A stretch of 56,583 bases of DNA from a virus (taxonomy: Duplodnaviria > Caudoviricetes). The DNA lies in IMG/VR virus record IMGVR_UViG_3300005512_000041, positions 1 through 56,583 of that record. One strand, written 5' to 3'. The notes under the pieces are model-generated. The model was not told where the DNA came from and ran no database searches. It saw nothing but the letters and a program-made list of their open reading frames with translations. Shown piece by piece: positions 20,801 to 27,223 of this stretch. Made by a program: the position numbers and the translations under genes. Positions within the stretch are counted from its first letter, which is position 1. The number at the start of each line of letters is the position of its first letter.

Positions 20801-23800
20801 GGAGTTCGATCGCCCGGATGTTGTCGAGAGCCTTCTGCCGCCAGGATCGATCTTCGGCGAGCGTCCCCGGCTCAATGAAGTGGTTCTCGCCCTTTACAGT
20901 TTGGGCGGTGTCAGAACCTCGGCCATTGCGTCCTCGGGAAACTCGATCAGCGTCCCGCGCACGATCTCCTCGGCCTCCCGGCGTTTCGGCAGCGTCGGGT
21001 TCGGCCCCGCGATCTCGTCGAACAGCCGTTGCGCTTCGACCGCCTTCTTCTGCAGGTGCGAGTCCAGTGCGCCGGTTCGACGCAACTCGCGGAACATCTT
21101 CGGCGCTTGATCGCGCATCGCCATCAGATACGGACCCTTGAACTCCATCGGTCCCTTCCTCCTGTAGCACCGCGTCGAGATCGGCGGCGGCCACCTCCTG
21201 ATATGGGGTCATATCGCCGGACATCACCCCCGGATAGTCGCGGGCTGCGTTATACCACAGTTTGATGAACGGCCGCGCCGCGTCTCCCAGGTCTTCGACG
21301 ATCGCCCGGGCGAAATCGTTGAACTTCCGCGCCCCCGCCTCGACATGGAAGACGGCGAGCACGGCGCCCTCGGCCATGATCTCCGGATCCACCCCGGCAG
21401 ATAGCTGGTTCTTCAGCTTGTCGCGCAGTTTGCGGCGGGCTTCCTCGGCGCGGTCCTGGCTGATCAGTTTGTTGTTGGCGCCGTAGGCGGCAGGGCGGGC
21501 AGGCTTTCGCCCCTCCGTCCGCGGCGACACCTCGACGATCTCCAGACGGCCAGATTCCTTGGCTGCGTCCAGAACGTCGCGGCCCTGCTCATTCCGTCGC
21601 TGGTTCTCGGCCTTCTTCAGCGCGGCAGCGATAGCACCTGCGCGCGTGCTGCCGTAACCGTCCCACACCGCTATCGGATCCCGGCGACGCACAATCGCCT
21701 TGAAGTCTCCGAAGGTCCGACCGTCCGCCACTGCCTCTTGTCGCGTCATCTTGGCGATTGAGGTGAGGGAGAGCCCGGCGGGAATGTCCGGGTCTCCTTC
21801 CGGCCCCTCCATCTTCGCGACATTCTCCCGGCGCTGCCGCTCACGGTCGTCTTCGACCGGCACTTCGCCGCGGCGGATGGATTCCTGTTCTGTTGGCGCG
21901 GCTACCGGTGTCAGGCCTTCGGTGTCGAGGCCGCGCGCCTGATCAGCCAGCGTCTTCGGATCGCCTTCACCCGTGGCGCGCATCCACACTTCCACAATCG
22001 AGCCCGGCCGCACGTATCCGGCCTTCTCGAATGCCTGCCGCACACCAATACCCGGCTGAAAGGCTGGGCCGGTACTGCGTTCGACGGTCCAGCCCAGCGC
22101 AATCGGGGCCTCTTGGGCAAACCGCTCACGCGACATCCCGTCGGATTTGAACTTCCGTGCCATTGCCTCGGCTTCGGCGACGATCGACTCCGCCGTTGGC
22201 GGCGGCGCCACCAGATCCGCCAGCGCCTCCCGGACTTGCTGCTCCTTCTTCTTCGGGAAGATCCAGCCCTTCGCCTTCTTCGCCCAGATCGGGCGGGCGC
22301 CGGTGATTCCCTTGATCCGGTCCAGGTTCTCCTTGGTCTGGCCTGTGACGATGATCGACTTGTCCGAGTAGTCGCGGATCGTCAGGGCCGGTTCTGCCGG
22401 CAGCGGGCCGCCGCGCTCGGCATCGGTCATGCCATCGCGGCCGACCACGTTGACCAGGACACGCGGACCAGTGGGGGCGACCCGTCCTGTCGGCTGCGCC
22501 TCGCCCGGCTGGTTCACGTCCTGCGCAGATGCTTGCTGAACCGGGGCCGTGGCGGGCGCAGTTTCCTGCGGTTCCTGCGGTCCGATCGGGTCACCAGTGG
22601 GCTCCCGCATCGGCGCCCGTGCCCCGCGCACATCACGATGCGCAAGGCGCAGCGCGTTTGCCCGCGCAATCTCAATCTCCGCATCGTTGAAGGCTGGCCC
22701 AGAGATCAGGTCCATGTATGCGTCGTAGGCCGCGCCCTCCAATCCGGTTGGGTTCCGATCGGCCGCGGCATCGATGATCACCTCAATGTCTGACTGCTCG
22801 GTCAGGCCCTCGTCGACCAGCCGGCGGGCCCGGTCGCGAAGCGCCATGTCCTCTTCGTTGCGCGTCGGCCCGCCCAGCATGTCGGGTTGCTCGCGTTCGG
22901 CCACCGGCAAGAGCCCGGTCACATCAAGCGCCGGCGCCTCATCGGCTGTCGCGACAAGCTCATCGTCCTGCTTTTCCTCCGGCTCGACCTCCCGGGCCGG
23001 CGGGTCGATGTCCAGAGGCCGGCCGGCGGCGGCGTCCTCGAGCATCGCCTTGCCTCGGCTGATCGCCCCGGTATCGATCGGGCTCGCCTCGTCCTCCGGC
23101 GTGACCGGGGCCATGCGCTTGGGCGGGGTCAGATCCGTGGCGCCGAGATAGCCTTCGGCCGGGCCGGGCATCGGCGGCGGCGCGGTGGGCACAGGGGCCG
23201 TCGGCGCGGCTTCCTCCTCACCGATCATGTCCTCGGCCGGCATGGCGCCTTCCGGCACGCCTGCAACGTCCTGGCCGGGGATCGTCGGGCCGGCTGGTTG
23301 CTGCTCCACACCCCCGGCGCCATCTTGCCCGTCAGCGGCGCCCCTACGGCCGCGCACGAAGGGTTCGGTGATGACGGCGAACGTGCCGCCCATGGCGCCG
23401 CCGAGAATGCCCGCTCGGGCCAGGTTCTCCAGCGCCTCGCCCCAGGTCATGTTCTCGTCCAGGACGCCGACGCTGTAGCCGTCCTGAAGCGCCTGCGTGA
23501 ATACCTCCTGCGCGGCCTCGGCGAGGGTGCCCTTGAAGAGGCGGGACACAAACGACTTCCCCGGCCGCGCCAGAATGCCGAGCGGGATAGCCTCGGGGAT
23601 CGCCTCGGCAGCGGCCATGAACAGGCCGTCCTGCATCGCTTCATCGTGCGTCCGGCCGTTCCCGCGGCTCTCCGCGTACTGGTCGCCATAGACCTGGCCG
23701 CCCATGATGGCGACACCGGTTACCGGATTTCGGGTGATCATCGTGGCCGCGACGGCGGGTGCCATGTTGGTCATCGACACCGCGAAGTCAAAGGCGAAGC

Positions 23801-24257
23801 CCTTGAACGAGTTCGGGTCGATGTCCGGGCGGGCCGCCTGCATGTCGGCGGTCGCCTGTTCGGCAACCCGCCGCGCGGTCTCCTGCGTCTCTGCGCGCCG
23901 CGCATTGATCTCGGCCATGGCCTGTTCTTCGGTCTGACCCGTGGCCCCGCCGAAGTATTTCGCGCCCATGGCCGACGCGCGCTCCGTCGCCCCGAGATCG
24001 CCATTGGCTCCCGACTCTTGGATACCCGCGATCATCCGACGGGTCATCGGCCCGAGCGTGTTCAGGAAACCATCCCACGTCTCGGCCCAGGTCGCCCCGG
24101 CAAAGGTGCGAGGGCGCTCCTGCTGATCGAGCGCGACCAGACCCGACGTGTCGAGCGGCGTCAGGCCAGACGTATCTAGACCGCTGCTACCGCTTTCAAC
24201 CGGCGCCAGGCCAGTCGTGTCCAGCGGAACGAGGCCGGTGGTGTCCAGGCGTGCCAT
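11802..24257 (-). CDS. Giant (4151 aa) DarB-like polyvalent virion protein: N6-adenine MTase, SNF2 helicase, ART-like and zincin-like domains
   Basis: FEPGMGVGNF and NPPF (~20310-20520); AHAVGAGKT (~18220); DEAH (~17740); FHGT..GFFFS..VYL..DGV (~15170-15745); HEVLH (14832-14846); last gene of the ejection cluster. Confidence 0.92.
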   Translation of the reverse strand: MARLDTTGLVPLDTTGLAPVESGSSGLDTSGLTPLDTSGLVALDQQERPRTFAGATWAETWDGFLNTLGPMTRRMIAGIQESGANGDLGATERASAMGAKYFGGATGQTEEQAMAEINARRAETQETARRVAEQATADMQAARPDIDPNSFKGFAFDFAVSMTNMAPAVAATMITRNPVTGVAIMGGQVYGDQYAESRGNGRTHDEAMQDGLFMAAAEAIPEAIPLGILARPGKSFVSRLFKGTLAEAAQEVFTQALQDGYSVGVLDENMTWGEALENLARAGILGGAMGGTFAVITEPFVRGRRGAADGQDGAGGVEQQPAGPTIPGQDVAGVPEGAMPAEDMIGEEEAAPTAPVPTAPPPMPGPAEGYLGATDLTPPKRMAPVTPEDEASPIDTGAISRGKAMLEDAAAGRPLDIDPPAREVEPEEKQDDELVATADEAPALDVTGLLPVAEREQPDMLGGPTRNEEDMALRDRARRLVDEGLTEQSDIEVIIDAAADRNPTGLEGAAYDAYMDLISGPAFNDAEIEIARANALRLAHRDVRGARAPMREPTGDPIGPQEPQETAPATAPVQQASAQDVNQPGEAQPTGRVAPTGPRVLVNVVGRDGMTDAERGGPLPAEPALTIRDYSDKSIIVTGQTKENLDRIKGITGARPIWAKKAKGWIFPKKKEQQVREALADLVAPPPTAESIVAEAEAMARKFKSDGMSRERFAQEAPIALGWTVERSTGPAFQPGIGVRQAFEKAGYVRPGSIVEVWMRATGEGDPKTLADQARGLDTEGLTPVAAPTEQESIRRGEVPVEDDRERQRRENVAKMEGPEGDPDIPAGLSLTSIAKMTRQEAVADGRTFGDFKAIVRRRDPIAVWDGYGSTRAGAIAAALKKAENQRRNEQGRDVLDAAKESGRLEIVEVSPRTEGRKPARPAAYGANNKLISQDRAEEARRKLRDKLKNQLSAGVDPEIMAEGAVLAVFHVEAGARKFNDFARAIVEDLGDAARPFIKLWYNAARDYPGVMSGDMTPYQEVAAADLDAVLQEEGTDGVQGSVSDGDARSSAEDVPRVASNRRTGLAPAEEGGRSATAVRRDRGAEPDAAETPGGRGDRARDADRVSRGRNGRGSDTAQTVKGENHFIEPGTLAEDRSWRQKALDNIRAIELLREIEAEGRPATKAEQAELARYVGWGGIKGAFPDADGKFAKGFEKIGERLRELLTDTEYKTAQRSIQYAHYTSETIVRAMWDAARRLGFEGGKVFEPGMGVGNFAGMMPADVAQATDYAGLELDHTTARIARLLYPKWGVRQDDFTKAPLPENTFDLVIGNPPFADVAVQSDPKYAKHRFLLHDYFFAKSLDAVRPGGLLMFISSAGTMNKIDTSAREYMAERADLVGAIRLPGDAFERNAGTKVTTDIVILRKRLPSEPAGDGRWTETVEVTLPNKEGKPMKGRVSAYFADNPAMVLGEEGFFDPLYQNRYGVKARPGADIQSLLDEAAARLPAGVMGEWQDTTDRAEVDFGTSERKDGSFYISDDGKLMQVVDGVGSSVQGRGKGVKGGRSGGEIERIRALIPVRDSLRAVYAADLAGDTANAETARARLNKAYDAFVEQFGPINKAEYSYRRPTRIQAENARSAAREEARYAGEEFDEGTFDPTDMIEAEASLSEIAKARAEAREKAEAEGRPWSEGTFNPDEMDDIVVEKRPNVDPFSDDPESYRLRAIEHYNDADGTADKGAVFRENVITKDRKPEINSLGDALLYTLNQTGRVDIDRIAEVSGKTRSEVIEGLGDAIYRVPGTEETYQTREKYLSGNVRRKLRIARAEADRDPAFVRNVAALEAAQPAPIPPSEIGANLGMPWIPTETIEEFATESLGLNSLSVRYTPALALWQVDGDKSSAAATSTYGTPEKSATELIASALNKQDPKVYDTVYVDGKRTQQLNPAATEAAAEKMREIKARFSDWIFSDQDRADRLAALYNEEYNNLVVPEYDGSYLTTPGVSSDWSWRPHQKRVIARIIQEGNTYMAHAVGAGKTSAMIGAGMEMRRLGLVRKPMYVVPGHMLGQFTKEFYEQYPTARIAVADDRRFHTDRRKQFIANVANEDLDAVIITHSAFGIIPISNEFQEGLIQDQIDQYRDLLEEVKGTEGERITRSRIEKQIERLEQRLAGRGKGRKDQVFTFEEMGVDFLFVDEAHEFRKLDFATKMSNVKGVTAEGSTYAWDLFVKTRYLETVNPGRNLVLASGTPITNTMAELFTVSRFLQMNELEARQLTHFDAWAGAFGDTVTNLEQDPAGGYKQVTRFAKFINVPELSVMVRQAMDVVTSNMLAQYVTRPDIKGGKRIMNLAEKSDALEAFQAGLADRMRALAQRKGPPKPGDDILLKVIGDGRHAAIDMRLIDNSSRSEVPSKLDLMVDNIYRIWEETKRQPLHRPTPEGYEEKAFDKGPATQIAFVTLGLSPARGFVVPDYIRSELVRRGVPKNQIAVLAEYKTHVAKQRLFNDMNEGKVRVMIASKVTGLNVQRRLYALHNLDPLWFPADDEQRNGRGIRQGNLNPEIEIHDYSTKGTYDSTMWGLMETKARFIQGFFEGDPSIRDMEDVGKASDYEQAKALSTNDPRLMTLTQLRQDLERAQRRKGAFERDVYAVRSRVQRAEGQVNYYTRRIEGVEQDIAQRVETKGDAFKGTVNGKVYEERVEFGEALMGEIERLAAQEREVKDQAVAEVGGFPLEVDVYRIGQEWRAALALKRNAGFEEEINIGTSVRGMVQAIESVGRSLEAQKKRFEEELAAARADIEQFSPKMDQRFEGQKEIDDLREQVRALESELAAETKQEEAAAAAQVEDTEEGGDRFSFAADAGPQTDAPAFKRWFGDSKVVDENGEPLRVFHGTNADIEAFDAGAGGRNTGASDGAQGFFFSSDPETAASYTEFHDPYVEMMGNNWLSRTYARISEEFLRISRIGTAYAAGGNVVPVYLSIQNPFVVDVRGARYDPQEFLDSIMAAKEAGHDGVVFQQARDSYEGRAAPADVYVPFRPEQIKSATGNRGTFDPSDPRINFSRPGDGGTAGDDGRTAFSHNGTTYTWDPKLLAQADDLVTFLRRQVRQMNPQAKVVVVDKVIEQRTGRTGLGVSVEDLPGFGRAMVIAMRYVDADGNVRANPSPADTLNHEVLHDLRRQGLFTAEEDRVLFGDSDRNRLWRRQFDVERLYAGESDAVRREEAAAMAWEAWKAGRLKVAGRIERAFQKVERFFRAVANWITGKGFTATEPPFLDRAAEQVFERMASGEVGRRRPQAGEQDSADRFSIPSDARDDAAATDPRDPQTREARQSLMMKLVGAQPIDRAMRVPFQIFGGLDEMGRWKPGAMLSEKAGDLIVNAEFKEDGRMAWLNPTLRTARSGLLDRYGLDQEYVDRERERALEERAIMAEIPELMNVLRKEGIGSDEARVLQAVLTGEELPAGAMERVSEPIRNAIDAMGAEAVELGLLSPEAFERNRGAYLHRVYLKHEEQNGALARWVANVAGRRRRKIVGNQFKGRGMFVEVPYERLMKDMPDLLEGGQAPAMGAEFRILDRVADTGKVTKRVYLEEGREVPSEFASYSDKGLWQVRGTRGDKIILWRDYTKAEREQMGEIVDARYTIAKTYMGMAHDLSTGRFFRDIADNPEWSMKAEPPAGTWKSAQDYNRFWADPDVQWVLVPDGNIPQSRTKRYGALAGRWVRAEIWRDLAEVERMQSPRWWDALITNWKLNKTARNPVVHMNNVMSNAVLMDLADVRAVDLVGAIRSMIKKDAAYQDAVKNGAFGADMMSVEIRDNVLKPLLEQIERDMQEGRGSLESSAGVVGKLFDRLWRMAKYLDRKGIDLYRFEDEVFRMATYVRRRDQGMDAKAAAREAREQFLDYDIRAPWVNAARRTVLPFIAYTYRAIPVLAQSVAARPWKLAKYATIAWVANAMAYAITEDEDEEDRQRRSLRTEEQGSTWIGAPRMIRMPWDDDYGNPVFLDVRRWIPAGDVFDMNQGASALPMPSWLQFGGPLMIAAELLLNKQAFTGQEITNEYTDNAGDKVAKTADYLWKAWMPSAPWVPGSWYWEKIATAATGGRDRSDRPYGLDSAALSSIGIKVKPQDVETGFYYHGLQFDRIERELRGDMRRLGRDRHRNMISQEKFERDLARIYEKLERLGQERSRVFAD
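20894..21148 (-). CDS. 84-aa gene nested out of frame within the giant gene (possibly TnpV-like)
   Basis: AGGAGG RBS before ATG; amphipathic helical sequence; coincides with an R/G-rich linker in the host frame. Confidence 0.65.
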   Translation of the reverse strand: MEFKGPYLMAMRDQAPKMFRELRRTGALDSHLQKKAVEAQRLFDEIAGPNPTLPKRREAEEIVRGTLIEFPEDAMAEVLTPPKL

Positions 24258-24263
24258 GTGGCC

Positions 24264-25277
24264 TCACTGCTTGGTGTAGAGCGTGCCGTTGATGCTGATC
24301 ACATCCCCCGGCTTGGCCTGCTGCTTGAACCAGTCTACGTGCTCTTGCGTCGTCGCGGTGTACGGATCTTCCTCGGTGCCGGAGCCCTTGACTGGTTTAC
24401 CCGCTTCCGACGAAGCACTGGCGGTCGCCGCCCCAGATGACGGTTCGAGCCCAAGCCGCCGCCTCTCCTCGGCCATGCGCTTGTCGACCTCCGCCTTCAC
24501 GCGCTGCTGCCGCGTTGCGCCGGATCCATAGGCGCCATCGGAGAACCACGACGCATCGTCGCCGGCGACGGCTTCCTTCTGCACTTCCGCCTGGATCTGG
24601 TCGCGAAGACCACCTTCAACTTCAGCCTGCAATGCAGGCGTCATCGGAACACCGTAGACAGTGAGGCGCTGGGCGTAGCGGCGATAGTCCACCTGCTCGT
24701 TACCGGCGAGATCCTTGGTCGTCGCGTCCTTGAGCGCCCGGGAGATGTTGACGCTTTGATCCTTCTCCTTGACCGGCGTCGGTCCCTTCCCTGCAATCGG
24801 CGCCCCGTCCGGCCCCGTGACGCGCTCCGCTTCCGCGCCCGCCTTGGACCGGACCCACCAGTTCCCTTCGCTGTCCTGGAATCGGTCGGTCTGGCGTCCA
24901 GCCTCTCGATCCGCCTCGCCGCTACGCCAGTCGCGGTCCTCACGGGCCATACGGTCGCGGAACTGCCGGTCGGTTTCTCCCTCGCGACGGCGGAAGTCAC
25001 GATCGGCGGCAGCCTCGCCAGACCGGAACGCCCGGTCCTCGTCCGCCTCTCCGCTACGCCAGTCGCGGTCGGCCGCGGTCTCTCCGGAGCGGAACTCCTG
25101 CGTCGCCTCACGCTCGCTGGTCTGGAACTGGCGGTTCGCCTCGTCCCGCGCCACCTGCCGCTTGTTCCGAAGCTCTTCCTGCATCGCCGCGAAGTTGCGC
25201 TCCGCCTGCTTGGCAATGCCCTCACCCGCACCGGCCAGCGCGCCGGCGGCTGCGTACCCCAGAAGCCCTACCATCAC
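24264..25277 (-). CDS. Ejection/internal virion protein with 11-aa repeats
   Basis: Gly/Ala hydrophobic N-terminus; repeats (F/W)RSGEA.ADRD. Confidence 0.75.
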   Translation of the reverse strand: MMVGLLGYAAAGALAGAGEGIAKQAERNFAAMQEELRNKRQVARDEANRQFQTSEREATQEFRSGETAADRDWRSGEADEDRAFRSGEAAADRDFRRREGETDRQFRDRMAREDRDWRSGEADREAGRQTDRFQDSEGNWWVRSKAGAEAERVTGPDGAPIAGKGPTPVKEKDQSVNISRALKDATTKDLAGNEQVDYRRYAQRLTVYGVPMTPALQAEVEGGLRDQIQAEVQKEAVAGDDASWFSDGAYGSGATRQQRVKAEVDKRMAEERRRLGLEPSSGAATASASSEAGKPVKGSGTEEDPYTATTQEHVDWFKQQAKPGDVISINGTLYTKQ

Positions 25278-25837
25278 GCCTCTCCCTGTGCCTGGTCGAT
25301 GCCGGGCAGTAGCGTGCCGAGTTGTCCCTGCTCCTGCGCCGCCTTCAGCGTCTCGATATCCTGCATCGCCGCCTGCTGGTTCAGCGACCCGGTCGCCGCC
25401 GCCATGCCGCGGTAGAGATCGGCCGCCTGATACATGGCGCCTTCGATCTCCTCCGGATCAAGATCGGCAATCCCCGCGCTCGCCTGCGTCTCCGCCAGCG
25501 CCTCGACGATCTCGACCCCGCCGTGCAGCATCACGTCGCCGCTGATCTCCATGCCCGACTTCTTCGCGCTCTCGGACACTTCCTTGACGATCAGGGCGGC
25601 CGTGGTCGCGAGCCCTTCCTTCGGGTTTCCATCGCCGGCCAGCGATTGCAGAATCCCCGACCGCGTCTTCGGGCTCGAAATCATCGTGAGCGCGTTGCCG
25701 ACGAACTGGTCGTACTGCTTCTGCTCTTCCGGCGACACGTTGGCGTCGCCCTCGCCCATGGTGACCTGATCCGCCTGCTGCGGCTGCATCATCTCAGCCT
25801 GCGCGGGTCCGGACGTCTGCGGCATCAACCCTGGCAT
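25274..25837 (-). CDS. Probable internal virion protein
   Basis: GAGGAG RBS before MPGLMPQ; position in ejection cluster. Confidence 0.7.
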   Translation of the reverse strand: MPGLMPQTSGPAQAEMMQPQQADQVTMGEGDANVSPEEQKQYDQFVGNALTMISSPKTRSGILQSLAGDGNPKEGLATTAALIVKEVSESAKKSGMEISGDVMLHGGVEIVEALAETQASAGIADLDPEEIEGAMYQAADLYRGMAAATGSLNQQAAMQDIETLKAAQEQGQLGTLLPGIDQAQGEA

Positions 25838-25847
25838 CGCCTTCTCC

Positions 25848-26747
25848 TCAAACCCGCTGTAGTTCCATTCGGCCGGTCGCCCGGTTCCAGGCGTAGCGCA
25901 TCCTGCCCCCGGTCGGCGGCGGGGGCGTCCGACGCACGGCGGACGTCGTGGGATACCGCTCGGCCGGCGTGGGGTTGCCGGTGGCGTCATAGGCCGCTTC
26001 CGACGTGCGGCGGTCGCCCATCAAGCCGGTGGTGCCGACCGTGTAGTTCTGGCTGACCTGCGCGCGTCGGCGCTCGGCCGCCTCGATGTCCGCCTGATCG
26101 CCCATGCCGGCGAGAAGGCCCTGCCCCAGGCCTTTGACCACGCCGCCGACGAGCTCGCCGTTACGCTCAACCCATCCGCCGCGACCCAGGAGATCGCCCC
26201 CAAGGCCCCTAGTTCCTGCGGATGCGGCCTGCGTCGAACTGCCAACGGGCGCGGCCGACACCCCAGCCGGCTGACCGGTGACCGCCGCCAGCCCATCGCC
26301 CACGTCTCCCGGCATCGGAGAGCCGGTCACCGCCGGCGACGTCGTGCCGACACCCGGGCCGTTGCCCGTGGAACTGGTCGACGGAGCCAGCGGATCAGTC
26401 GTCATTCCGAGGCCGCCGGTGACGCCGCCCGTGACCGCGCCGCCCAGCGCGCCGTACATCGCGCCCTCAGAGATGTCGCCGCCGGTCACCGCGCTTGTCA
26501 GCGTGCCTATGGCCGCGCCATACCCCGCCTGTGTTATCGCCCCTGTGACCACGTTCCCCAGGGTGCCGGTGAGGCCGAGAGACTGTGTCAGCGACCCGGC
26601 CATGGCCCCCATGCTGCCGGTGAGGCCCAGCGCAGCGCCCGCGGTGAAGTAGACGGCGGTCGCGGCCAGGGCCAGCGGCGCCACCTTCTTCGCAACCTTG
26701 GCTACCTTCTTGAAAGTCTTTTTGACCCCCTTGACGACGCCGCTCAT
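25848..26747 (-). CDS. Ejection (pilot-like) protein
   Basis: Basic N-terminus MSGVVKGVKKTFKKVAK followed by Gly-rich hydrophobic helices. Confidence 0.75.
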   Translation of the reverse strand: MSGVVKGVKKTFKKVAKVAKKVAPLALAATAVYFTAGAALGLTGSMGAMAGSLTQSLGLTGTLGNVVTGAITQAGYGAAIGTLTSAVTGGDISEGAMYGALGGAVTGGVTGGLGMTTDPLAPSTSSTGNGPGVGTTSPAVTGSPMPGDVGDGLAAVTGQPAGVSAAPVGSSTQAASAGTRGLGGDLLGRGGWVERNGELVGGVVKGLGQGLLAGMGDQADIEAAERRRAQVSQNYTVGTTGLMGDRRTSEAAYDATGNPTPAERYPTTSAVRRTPPPPTGGRMRYAWNRATGRMELQRV

Positions 26748-27223
26748 GCTCCGGTCCTCCGCTCGTAGATCACACCGGCCCGCTCGAAGCCGCGCTTGGC
26801 GAACGCCTTCTCCGCCGCCGAGTAGTCGCCCAGGACGTGGGTTGCCGTCGGATGGATCAGCTTCACCTTGGGGATGCTCGACGCCCACTCCACGAAACCG
26901 TCGAACATGGCAAGCATGTCCTTGGGCGATGCCCGATCGGTGCCGTACCAGTGGCAGTCGATCGCCCGGAGCGCGGTGCCGACGACGTAGACCCGATCGA
27001 GGATGCCGATGAACAGGCCCTCGACCTTGCCGTCCGTCTCCGCGACATTGACCCATGTTCCGCCCTCGTTCGGGCTGCCGTGCCGCTGGATCGCGCCCAT
27101 CAGGTAGGCCCTCGCCTCCTTGCGGTCGATCTCTCCGATGTCGCGGTAGACGCTCTTGGCGTAGCCGTCGTCAAGCACGGCGATCATGCCCGGGATGTCG
27201 ACGAACTGCGGCGCCCGGATCAT
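26744..27223 (-). CDS. GNAT-fold protein of the virion assembly cluster
   Basis: MIRAP...DIP, VAETDGKVEG, FAKRGFERAG; usual position before ejection genes in podoviruses. Confidence 0.7.
   Translation of the reverse strand: MIRAPQFVDIPGMIAVLDDGYAKSVYRDIGEIDRKEARAYLMGAIQRHGSPNEGGTWVNVAETDGKVEGLFIGILDRVYVVGTALRAIDCHWYGTDRASPKDMLAMFDGFVEWASSIPKVKLIHPTATHVLGDYSAAEKAFAKRGFERAGVIYERRTGA

Noticed and set aside
24900-25140. CRISPR-like 33-bp periodic repeats
   Set aside because: They are in-frame 11-aa protein repeats without unique spacers; no cas genes
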